A stretch of DNA of 64,000 nucleotides, from contig DARI01000013.1 in NCBI GenBank assembly GCA_002503285.1, positions 8,337 to 72,336 of the forward strand, in the 5' to 3' direction. A program made the translations under genes and the position numbers. The notes below the pieces were generated by a model, which was not told where the DNA came from, searched no databases, and saw only the letters and a list, made by a program, of their open reading frames with translations. This DNA is from Euryarchaeota archaeon UBA557 (GTDB lineage: Archaea; Thermoplasmatota; Poseidoniia; Poseidoniales; Thalassarchaeaceae). Positions 49,357 through 58,255 of this stretch are shown piece after piece (the first letter of the stretch is position 1; every line of letters starts with the position of its first letter).

Positions 49357-50082
49357 CTAAAGATAGATACCACATGAAACACAATAATTAGAATCCACAT
49401 CGTTTAGGGAATTGCAAGAAACACAAATAGTTACTTTAGATGTAGAATTAGTAGATTTGATGTCCCATTTTTTATTATTCTGAGATGAATTAATTAATAC
49501 TTTGTTATTATTTATTTTCTTTGATGCAGATTTTTCAATTAACATAGTTAATAGGTTTTTAATTTTGAAATATAATTGTTTAATGAAGTTAATTTTATTT
49601 GGTTCTTTATTATTATTATTATTATCATTATTGATGAGTTCAATAACTTCCTCTTCCATAGTATCTTCATTTCTTTCTTTATTTAGTGAACCAACAAAAC
49701 CTTTCATTGCAGAATTAAATCCATCATCATTAAAATTACTTTTTGCCTTTATTTCTAATTTATTTAAAATTTCATCACTATTTTCCCATAATCCTTTATC
49801 TTCTAATTTATACGATTTAGAAAGTTTACGAATTGCTTTTGAACGGTGATACTCATGATCTTTGATTATTCTATATTTTGATAACATGAATAAACCCAAA
49901 AACAATACGATAGAGTAAGTGATTATTTGTGAAAATAGATCTTTTGATAATACATCATCAACTACTGGAAGAACAGCCCTTAAGGCTGTCAAACATAATA
50001 CTGGAAAAATTGCTATTCCAATTGATACATATGCTGAGCGATTTGCCATAAACTCAGGATAGTAATTTATCGTTTGAACCAT
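49357..50082 (-). CDS. Membrane protein with an Asn-rich linker and a C-terminal zinc ribbon
   Basis: The product has two or three N-terminal TM helices, a low-complexity NNDNNNNNKEPNK stretch, and the C-terminal CVSCNSLNDVDSNYCVSCG. Confidence 0.55.
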   Translation of the reverse strand: MVQTINYYPEFMANRSAYVSIGIAIFPVLCLTALRAVLPVVDDVLSKDLFSQIITYSIVLFLGLFMLSKYRIIKDHEYHRSKAIRKLSKSYKLEDKGLWENSDEILNKLEIKAKSNFNDDGFNSAMKGFVGSLNKERNEDTMEEEVIELINNDNNNNNKEPNKINFIKQLYFKIKNLLTMLIEKSASKKINNNKVLINSSQNNKKWDIKSTNSTSKVTICVSCNSLNDVDSNYCVSCGIYL

Positions 50083-50140
50083 TCGTTTAAATGATAGTTT
50101 AAATGATATTAACTACTGGAATAAACTATAGGCAGATAGC

Positions 50141-50665
50141 ATGGGATTAAATATTACAATTACTACAATGTTGCGCCCATATGAAGATTCGGACAATGTC
50201 ATAACATCCATAAATAATATCTTTCCAGACTGGAGGTCCGATTCCATAATTACAAAACAATCTTTTCCTACAAATAGGCTAACTACAAAAATTAAAGGGT
50301 ATTCCATTAATTTTGAAAAATTTATATTATTATTAAGAAAACAGAAAATATTGGATACAGCATTTGACGTTATGACTAAAAATTTGAAAATTAATTATAC
50401 CTTTTTTTCCATTTCAAGACAGTCTGCAATGAAAGAAGTGATATCTTTCATAGTTCAAGACATCCCTTTAGGAGGGTCTATGGAAATAGAACTTGAAAAG
50501 GAAAATCTTGAGATTTGGTTAGAAGATCAAACCTGGCATCCAGGAAGAGAATTGATACCGAGGCAAGTAAATGATGATTTGGCTATGAAAATTAATGGTG
50601 AACCAGTAGAGTGGTTTGATAAATTTGGTAATCCAACTATGGCGCCATATTTAGAAGAAGAATAG
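50141..50665 (+). CDS. UPF0201/COG1931-like predicted RNA-binding protein with a C-terminal extension (tentative)
   Basis: The N-terminal ITITTMLRPYEDSDNVITSINNIFPDW resembles the v.PTED.ekV..ai.niFp signature of that family. I cannot verify this without a profile search. Confidence 0.45.
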   Translation: MGLNITITTMLRPYEDSDNVITSINNIFPDWRSDSIITKQSFPTNRLTTKIKGYSINFEKFILLLRKQKILDTAFDVMTKNLKINYTFFSISRQSAMKEVISFIVQDIPLGGSMEIELEKENLEIWLEDQTWHPGRELIPRQVNDDLAMKINGEPVEWFDKFGNPTMAPYLEEE

Positions 50666-50724
50666 CTGACCATAAAATTTGAATTATACGTTATATTGAT
50701 TGCTAATGGCCTGTAGCGTCATAC

Positions 50725-51042
50725 ATGGAAGAAGAATACATAGTAAAACTTCAACCAGAAGAAAGTAAGGTAAATCCCTTGGGAGTAATTGGGATTATTT
50801 GGAATGAAATGAGTGGTGGAATTGGCCCTTGGGGTACTTTTAGGCCAATATTTTCAATAATTATATCTTTAATTCCTTTTTTATATTTAGGCCAACATTT
50901 CAATGGTGAAAGTAATAAAGCATTTAGTTGGACATTAATACAACTTCCATTAATATTGTCAATAATCTTGTGGCCAGTATTATACTTGTGGTCAATATTT
51001 GATTCATGGTGGATTTCTAACAAAATAATAGCATCAAAATAG
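50725..51042 (+). CDS. Small membrane protein (about 3 TM)
   Basis: The 105-aa ORF has hydrophobic helices. No motif was recognised. Confidence 0.4.
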   Translation: MEEEYIVKLQPEESKVNPLGVIGIIWNEMSGGIGPWGTFRPIFSIIISLIPFLYLGQHFNGESNKAFSWTLIQLPLILSIILWPVLYLWSIFDSWWISNKIIASK

Positions 51043-51051
51043 ACGTATTAT

Positions 51052-51543
51052 TTAAAAATCATCAGGTAATTCGATTGGGCTAAAAAGATGCCCAGGTTTC
51101 GAAGATTTTGATAATTGAAGAATGACTATTGATTCCCAGTCTTTTAATAATATCATGGCATTGATAAATGGTAATTCGGTAGAGTTAATTATTGTCCTTA
51201 TTATGGTGTCTAAGATGTCCATTCTATCTATATCAACATTCTTTAGAACGGATTCAAGAGGGAAATGAAAATCAATATCATTATTATTTTCTAGATTTAC
51301 ATTTTTTTTAAAAATTTCCAAATAAGGAATTTCTTCATTTACTTCTTCTGCCTTTAAATTCAATGATTCCGAAATAATTCTAATAAATTTTGAAATTACC
51401 AAAGAAACCTCAACTAGAGGTAAATTATATTGATTTACAAAATTAACCATATTCTCTTGTAGAAATAATAGTTTATCTTCAACCGGGGAATTAGTGGCAG
51501 GAATATGCTCTGAATTATCTTCCACGACTATACGAGGTAGCAT
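51052..51543 (-). CDS. Acidic hypothetical protein downstream of the giant TSP3-repeat gene
   Basis: The 163-aa ORF is on the same strand as the 1906-aa gene and starts 15 nt after its stop. No motif was recognised. Confidence 0.45.
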   Translation of the reverse strand: MLPRIVVEDNSEHIPATNSPVEDKLLFLQENMVNFVNQYNLPLVEVSLVISKFIRIISESLNLKAEEVNEEIPYLEIFKKNVNLENNNDIDFHFPLESVLKNVDIDRMDILDTIIRTIINSTELPFINAMILLKDWESIVILQLSKSSKPGHLFSPIELPDDF

Positions 51544-51558
51544 ATCATTAATAGTAAT

Positions 51559-54500
51559 CTATGTAGTTCTGTCATCATATCTTATGGGTGAACCACTATT
51601 GCCCCTCACCCCATCCAATAAATCATCTTTAATTTCAAAATTATCATTCAGCCAGTCTCCATCAGTATCCCAATTGGTTGGGTCGGTGCCGTCTGCTATC
51701 ATATCACCATCAATATCAATTAACCACCATCCAAATACATATTCTCCAAGGCCCAAATTAGGCAAATGAAATTGATCACCTGCAAATCTATTATATTCAT
51801 CAGTCCACGCCCCATTTATGAGAATATTATCATTAGAAGTATTAATTATTTCATAATTCTCATCGTTATCATCTATAATAAGTGAGTATAACATATCTCC
51901 ATCATTAATTCGATTCATCCTTAAGTAATTTGTAGATACTGCCGTACTACCTGAACAAGTGCCCAATAATGATTCACGTAATTGCCACCATTCATGGACT
52001 ATTTCTCCGGCGCAGTCATACAAACCAGCGGCTCTGACTAGAGAGGGAGATGATAGAGTGGCATTAACCGTAGCATAGTACTCCTGGAAGTTTGTGTATG
52101 GCACGTATGTACAAGTACCTGAAGAACAATCCCAGTCTCCATCATTATCTGCATCATAACCAGCATCGGTAGGATCAGTAGCATCATGAGTGAACCATGA
52201 CCAATTTAAATTTGGACGGGATATATATCCTTTTGAAACATCCACAGGCTTAAAGTTAGTTGCAGATACTTGATACCATTGAACAGAAATTTTTAGTAAA
52301 GATGACCAATTATCATTTGTCTCATTCCATCCTCTATGATATTCATAGAAATCCGGCATCATATCTCCATCTGTATCATTATCTAATGGATTGGTGCCGA
52401 ATTTGAAAATCTCACGTCCATCGGATAGGCTATTATCAATTACATAATTTGTGATAATTCCATTAATGATAATTGGTTTCATTAGTACAGAATCATCATC
52501 AGAATCAAAATCTAATGGATTAGTACCATTATCATATTCCATGAGATTAGTGAAATATAATTCCAAAGTTCCACTATCGATCTGATCACTCAATGGATTC
52601 AATATAAATTGTCTTTCAATCCAATGCCCTTGTTCTGCCGGGATATCTCCTAATTCTCTATCATACCATCCATCTGCGTCGGGGTCATAATTTACATCTA
52701 ATGGATTAATTGGATTTAATGACCATCTATATGAATTAATAGGCAAAAATTCTCCATATATTGAATAACAATATTCCCAACCATCAGTCATTCCGTCTCT
52801 ATCCGAGTCAACATCATTTGGATCACTGATTCCAGCTAAACTAATATTAAAATTATCATAATTAAGCTCATTAATCAGCCCAATTTTCTCGGATGCAGAA
52901 ATACTTTTTGAAGAAAATGTCGTATAGAGAGTACTTTTGGCTGATGATAAAGATAATTCATTTTCCTCCATTTGTGCAATTATTGCATCTTTTCCATATG
53001 AAACTAAACCTGTTCCATTTGGTATTGAACCAACAGCAAGCCTTTTTCCATATATTCTTGCATCATATTCTGCTAAATTATCATAGGACTCAGCTTCGGT
53101 TATTATCCCATTTCCATCGCAATCAAAGGAATCATTATCAGAATCAATATCAACATCGTAATCAGATAGTGGATTCATTGACCATGAGTTTTCTTCTAAA
53201 TTCCATTCTGTGAACCAATATTCATAGCCATCACTCATTCCATCCCTATCAGTATCAAATGAGTTTGGATCAGTTATACCAAAAATAGATTCTAAGAGAG
53301 GCTTTGGGGCCAAACCTGATTGCCAATCTACAAATTGTTCCATGGCTAAACTCGCCCTAGATTCCTTTGCAAAAATTATTCTATATATCCTGTTTACTGA
53401 TTCTTGAGAATTTATTGATTCCACTTCAGTCCAAAACTTAGGTGCATCTGAAGGGGCTAATCCTCCGTTAGATGGGTTATTATTAGTCATATTTAATTCT
53501 ACAATGTCAGTTATCCCATCAGAATCTGAATCATAATTGCCATCACCTGCAACTAATGGATTAAGGGTCCATAATTCATCAGAAGAGTTCCACTTTGTAA
53601 ATATCAATTCTATTCCATCTAAAATACCATCTCCATCCGTATCTGGATTATTTGGATCTGCAGTAAATCCAGATACATTATTACCTTCAAGTGACATAAA
53701 TTCACCGAAAGATTGAGACGATTCTGCGCCTATCCAGGGCATTGATGTTAATTCTCCCGCAACATTTGTTAAGAAAAATTGAGGAGAAGATATTGTATTA
53801 CTTATTTCACTTTTATTACTTGAGATAACATTATATTCTTCCCAATTATTCATCCCATCGCCATCGTAATCTCCTAAACTATCTCCCTCATTGACAAGGT
53901 TTAATGACCAAACTTGATCAAACAAACTCCATCTTGAATGATAAAACTCCCATCCATCTGGCATTCCATCTCTGTCAGAATCCGCATCTAGAGGATTGGA
54001 AGAGCCGATATCCTGAAAAATAATGTCATCTATGATAACTGAATAGTACAAACTAGATTGATCTCCAAAAGATTCTAATGCAAAATCCTTCCAAGAATTA
54101 TGAGATAAATTTGTAGAAAAATTTTCTGGATACGTTAACCCTGAAGATGTAGATGTGGAATATAAAATATCTTTATTTAGGTAGTATTCCATCCAATTAA
54201 CTAATTGTTCATCTGAACTTAGAATTCCATCATTATTTATATCAAATCCATCGCCATCAGGATTATTCAATGAATCTGAACCATTCATTGGATTAATACC
54301 AGAGTTTCTAGGTGACCAATTACATGCATAACGAGCTTCCCACCCATCGGGTAAGCCATCACCATCCGAATCTACTGAATTAGGATCAGTATGCATCCAA
54401 TCTTTGGCTGCTTCGGATGTTTCACCATGAGAAAGTAGACCATTTTGTAAAGTCAAATCTAATAAATTACTCCACTTATATTCGCAAATATTTTTTAGAC

Positions 54501-57279
54501 CATCTCCATCTGCATCAAGAAACGCATCATTGGGATTGAGTGGGTCCAATGTCCACTCATTTCCTCCTGTATATTCATTTCCTATCCACCTCCTATTTTC
54601 AATTTCCCAACCATCTGGCATACCATCGCCGTCGGTATCAGCATTAGTTGGATCTGTGGGGCCATCTGTCCCCCCTCCAGTGCCTGAGCCCAACCATCCC
54701 TCTAGATGAACAGTAAGTGCAGATAATCCTATTTCATCATCACAGATATACTGCAGATTAATGTAATGACAGTTAAAGATTGAAGAATCAGAAAACCACC
54801 CCCAATATTCCTCTCCATCTGTTAATCCATCTCCATCGGAATCCACATCCCTAGGATCCGTACTATTATCACCTGAGTCAGAAATAGAGCTATATCTATA
54901 TTCATCAAGATTGGTCCAAAGTCTGTCTAGAAGGAGTCCATCGTTACCAAAATATTGTATCCCATCATCATCTAAATCTCTAGCGGCATCAAATGGGTCT
55001 GTAGGATCTAATCCATTGGCATACTCCCAACCATCCGGCATCCCATCTAAATCAGAATCATTAGAAAGAGGATTTAAGGGGACTATATTCATGTATTTAC
55101 CGGGAGATATACCGGCGAAAACCCATGTTTCATCGGAATTCTCCAATAGTGCAAGAGATGTAACTAGACCAGGTATCATAGTTTGATTAAGATACATACC
55201 TAATATTCCTTGTTGAGCATTTCCTTCTAAACACCATGTACCAAATTTAGAACCAATTATTACTTTGCCATTATATGATAATATAGATCTAATATCATTA
55301 GCGCCTTCTAGAATATTATCAATATTAAGCATTCTTTCATTGTTAAATGCTTCAGTTGGCTGAGATATTATTAAATCCAATTTAATTAAATAAATTCCAC
55401 CAGCCATACCTAACCATAGCCCGGTTAAATCTCCATTTACAATTTCTTTTTGCAATAGATTTACTCTTGAAGTACTACTTGAGTCAAATATATTCTCATT
55501 GACGAAATAATCAGCGTTAGTCTTATTAAAAATCCACCAAGGATTTCCTATTGATGAAATTCCATCAGTAGTATTCCATGCTATCAAACCAGAATCTGTG
55601 CCAACAAATAATAATGGAATCCTGCTATCCATTTCTACATGACTAATGGCAGTAATAGTAGAGTTAGAAGAATTTAATAAATCTGATAATTCATTTACAT
55701 GGTCAATATTCTCGTAATACGGTACATCTTCAAATCCATCATATAGTCTGACTTTCCAAATATCTGAGTTTCCTCCAATCAGTAAATCCAAATTACTATT
55801 CTGTGTTTCCAATTTTGAAATCTCTGTTATTGATCCTATTGGGAATAAAAACATAGAGTCAAATTCCGGTAAACCATTTACCAATTTAGAGATTTGTAAA
55901 CCTTTATTTGTCCCCATCAATAAATAACTATAATCTCCAATTTCGTATTTCTCCAATATATTCATTTCAGTTCCTTGATCTAAGTGAAATAGAGTCGATG
56001 TATCTCTGAAAGGATCTACTACTGATATACCATATTTTGAACCAATTATAAGCCTATTTCTCAGAGAATCAGCGATTACATCATTTATCGAGCTATCGAC
56101 TAATGATGTTTTAGAGTCGTGATTAAAAGAGATTATGGGAGCGTCATCATTAAATAATTTTACCCCCATAACTCCGGGAGAGACTCCCATTCCTGAATCT
56201 GAATCGACCATATATTCCTCATAATTACTGAATTGTTCACCCCATTCAGAGGTAGAAATTGTAATATCAGGAGTTAAGAATCCATCTCCATTAATGTCCC
56301 ACCCGTCGCCATCTGGATCAGTAATTGAATCGCTATAATTTCTTGGATCTAGTCCATTATAAGCTTCCCAACCATCAGGTATACCATCTCCAATTGAAGT
56401 TAAAGAAGATGCAGTAGAATCCGTCCATGAATAATAGTCAGAATCAGAGAATCGAGGATCTGTCCCGAGCCAGCCATCATCGAGAGTAGGTCTTTCATAT
56501 GTTGATTGGCATGAATCAATACTGAGTCCTTGAATTTGGCCATAACACCACAGACCATCTCTTTCAGTAATCCAATCATTGGGTGCACCGAATAAATATT
56601 CTTCAGTATTAGTAAATTTTTCACCTGCATCTATAATTCCATCCTTATTAAAATCGAAACCATCTCCGCAGCCCCAACTAAAATCCTTATCACAGCGATC
56701 AAAATCTTCTGTCAAATCCCGGCCATCCAAGGGATCAAAATATAAGCAATCCCAGGTGTTTGTTAATGGATTTAGTGAACCGACGCCTCCGCTGGTGCAC
56801 ATATGAATTTCGTAGCCATCAGGTAGTCCGTCCCCGTCGGTATCTGCAACCCTTGGATCTAAATATTCACGTAAACCAGACTTAGTTTCAGAAGGAGACT
56901 TGCCAGTTAAAGAATTTCGTTTTTCAGAATCTAAACACGAATCTAAAGTGAATGGCCAACAATATTCCATTAATGCAGTCGCGCCATCATTGTCGTGATC
57001 CGTAATATTATCAGTTGCATTATACGAATCTAGACCTTTGATTATCATATTAAAATTATTTAATTCAAAGTTAATATCATCTCCAAATATAAATTCATGC
57101 ATATCTGGTATCATATCTCCATCCTGATCCGTAATTGGAGGTTCTCCTCCTTCTGCATCATCAGGATTAATTGAAGAAACTGAAGATTGAGGCCTAGTTT
57201 GAGAAACAAATGCTAAACTACTTAATATCAAAAATGATAATAATAATGCGCTTATTTGTTTTTTACGCATGGTTACCAC
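51559..57279 (-). CDS. Giant secreted protein (1906 aa) with many thrombospondin type-3-like Ca-binding repeats and a central propeller-like region
   Basis: The signal peptide is MRKKQISALLLSFLILSSLAFVSQ. At least 12 copies of D-x-D-x-D-G-x-x-D-x-x-E are present (DTDGDGLPDGYE, DSDLDGMPDGWE, DTDGDGMPDGWE, DSDGDGLPDGWE, DSDRDGMPDGWE, DTDRDGMSDGYE, DSDRDGMTDGWE ...). Residues ~400-720 hold repeated G(T/S)xxGL units (GTNKGLQISK, GTDSGLIAWN, GMAGGIYLIK). There is no C-terminal TM. Confidence 0.85.
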   Translation of the reverse strand: MVTMRKKQISALLLSFLILSSLAFVSQTRPQSSVSSINPDDAEGGEPPITDQDGDMIPDMHEFIFGDDINFELNNFNMIIKGLDSYNATDNITDHDNDGATALMEYCWPFTLDSCLDSEKRNSLTGKSPSETKSGLREYLDPRVADTDGDGLPDGYEIHMCTSGGVGSLNPLTNTWDCLYFDPLDGRDLTEDFDRCDKDFSWGCGDGFDFNKDGIIDAGEKFTNTEEYLFGAPNDWITERDGLWCYGQIQGLSIDSCQSTYERPTLDDGWLGTDPRFSDSDYYSWTDSTASSLTSIGDGIPDGWEAYNGLDPRNYSDSITDPDGDGWDINGDGFLTPDITISTSEWGEQFSNYEEYMVDSDSGMGVSPGVMGVKLFNDDAPIISFNHDSKTSLVDSSINDVIADSLRNRLIIGSKYGISVVDPFRDTSTLFHLDQGTEMNILEKYEIGDYSYLLMGTNKGLQISKLVNGLPEFDSMFLFPIGSITEISKLETQNSNLDLLIGGNSDIWKVRLYDGFEDVPYYENIDHVNELSDLLNSSNSTITAISHVEMDSRIPLLFVGTDSGLIAWNTTDGISSIGNPWWIFNKTNADYFVNENIFDSSSTSRVNLLQKEIVNGDLTGLWLGMAGGIYLIKLDLIISQPTEAFNNERMLNIDNILEGANDIRSILSYNGKVIIGSKFGTWCLEGNAQQGILGMYLNQTMIPGLVTSLALLENSDETWVFAGISPGKYMNIVPLNPLSNDSDLDGMPDGWEYANGLDPTDPFDAARDLDDDGIQYFGNDGLLLDRLWTNLDEYRYSSISDSGDNSTDPRDVDSDGDGLTDGEEYWGWFSDSSIFNCHYINLQYICDDEIGLSALTVHLEGWLGSGTGGGTDGPTDPTNADTDGDGMPDGWEIENRRWIGNEYTGGNEWTLDPLNPNDAFLDADGDGLKNICEYKWSNLLDLTLQNGLLSHGETSEAAKDWMHTDPNSVDSDGDGLPDGWEARYACNWSPRNSGINPMNGSDSLNNPDGDGFDINNDGILSSDEQLVNWMEYYLNKDILYSTSTSSGLTYPENFSTNLSHNSWKDFALESFGDQSSLYYSVIIDDIIFQDIGSSNPLDADSDRDGMPDGWEFYHSRWSLFDQVWSLNLVNEGDSLGDYDGDGMNNWEEYNVISSNKSEISNTISSPQFFLTNVAGELTSMPWIGAESSQSFGEFMSLEGNNVSGFTADPNNPDTDGDGILDGIELIFTKWNSSDELWTLNPLVAGDGNYDSDSDGITDIVELNMTNNNPSNGGLAPSDAPKFWTEVESINSQESVNRIYRIIFAKESRASLAMEQFVDWQSGLAPKPLLESIFGITDPNSFDTDRDGMSDGYEYWFTEWNLEENSWSMNPLSDYDVDIDSDNDSFDCDGNGIITEAESYDNLAEYDARIYGKRLAVGSIPNGTGLVSYGKDAIIAQMEENELSLSSAKSTLYTTFSSKSISASEKIGLINELNYDNFNISLAGISDPNDVDSDRDGMTDGWEYCYSIYGEFLPINSYRWSLNPINPLDVNYDPDADGWYDRELGDIPAEQGHWIERQFILNPLSDQIDSGTLELYFTNLMEYDNGTNPLDFDSDDDSVLMKPIIINGIITNYVIDNSLSDGREIFKFGTNPLDNDTDGDMMPDFYEYHRGWNETNDNWSSLLKISVQWYQVSATNFKPVDVSKGYISRPNLNWSWFTHDATDPTDAGYDADNDGDWDCSSGTCTYVPYTNFQEYYATVNATLSSPSLVRAAGLYDCAGEIVHEWWQLRESLLGTCSGSTAVSTNYLRMNRINDGDMLYSLIIDDNDENYEIINTSNDNILINGAWTDEYNRFAGDQFHLPNLGLGEYVFGWWLIDIDGDMIADGTDPTNWDTDGDWLNDNFEIKDDLLDGVRGNSGSPIRYDDRTT

Positions 57280-57427
57280 TATTTTATATCGTAAGGAGTG
57301 ATGACTAATTTATGATACTGATGGAGCGTAGTTCAGACATACAAAAATTAATATAAACGATGAGTTGTAAAAAATTATTCTAATATCACAGTTATTATTA
57401 ATTTTTATAGTATTTGTTGATAGACCA

Positions 57428-58225
57428 TTGTGTACACGGAACATTGTAGGTATGAGTTTGGAAATTATACACCTAGGTTCGGGCAGTAGAGGTAACTCTA
57501 CATTATTAAGGACTGACGAAACGAACGTGCTAATTGATTGTGGATTTTCTCTTAAGCAAATTGAAAAAAAATTAATTCAAATTGGTTTAGATGGTAAAGA
57601 AATTGATTCCATTATTGTCACTCATCACCATGGAGATCATTCCAAATCTGCAAAAAGAGCCTCTATTAAATGGGATTCTGTATTGCATAGTAACATTGAA
57701 ACAGCAATAAAGATGGGTTGGGAGCCGATGGAAGTTTGTAAAACATTTAATAATCTAGATAGAGTTGAATGTGGAGTAGATTTTAGTTTTATTTCCGTAC
57801 CAATTCCACACGATAATGCTGATAATGTTGCAATAATAACAAATAGCGGTAAAAGTGAAAAGGCGGCCTTCATTACTGATTTGGGAGAGTCAACATTAGA
57901 ATTAGAGAAATACATACAGGGCTGTAAACATATTTCAATAGAGGCTAATTATGACCAAAAAAAATTAATGAATAGTGCATATCCTGATTCATTAAAAAGG
58001 AGAATTTCTGGCAGGGGAGGGCATTTGTCAAATTACCAAACCGGTGAAATATTATCAAAAGTTTGTCACTCTGAACTTAGTAGTATAGTATTATGTCATC
58101 TTTCAGAGAAAAATAATGCCCCCCATTTGGCTGAGAGTGAGGTATTGTATCACATAGGTGAGATTTTTGACGGAAAATTATCTATTTCAAAACAAATGGG
58201 CCCTGAGTTTTCTAATTTTATATAA
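57428..58225 (+). CDS. Metallo-beta-lactamase-fold hydrolase (YycJ/PhnP-like)
   Basis: VTHHHGDH is the HxHxDH motif. Later motifs are ITDLGE and GGHLSN. The likely start is the ATG at 57452 (MSLEIIHLGSGSRGN). Confidence 0.8.
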   Translation: MCTRNIVGMSLEIIHLGSGSRGNSTLLRTDETNVLIDCGFSLKQIEKKLIQIGLDGKEIDSIIVTHHHGDHSKSAKRASIKWDSVLHSNIETAIKMGWEPMEVCKTFNNLDRVECGVDFSFISVPIPHDNADNVAIITNSGKSEKAAFITDLGESTLELEKYIQGCKHISIEANYDQKKLMNSAYPDSLKRRISGRGGHLSNYQTGEILSKVCHSELSSIVLCHLSEKNNAPHLAESEVLYHIGEIFDGKLSISKQMGPEFSNFI

Positions 58226-58255
58226 TGAAATTATATTGATTACTGAAATATATAA

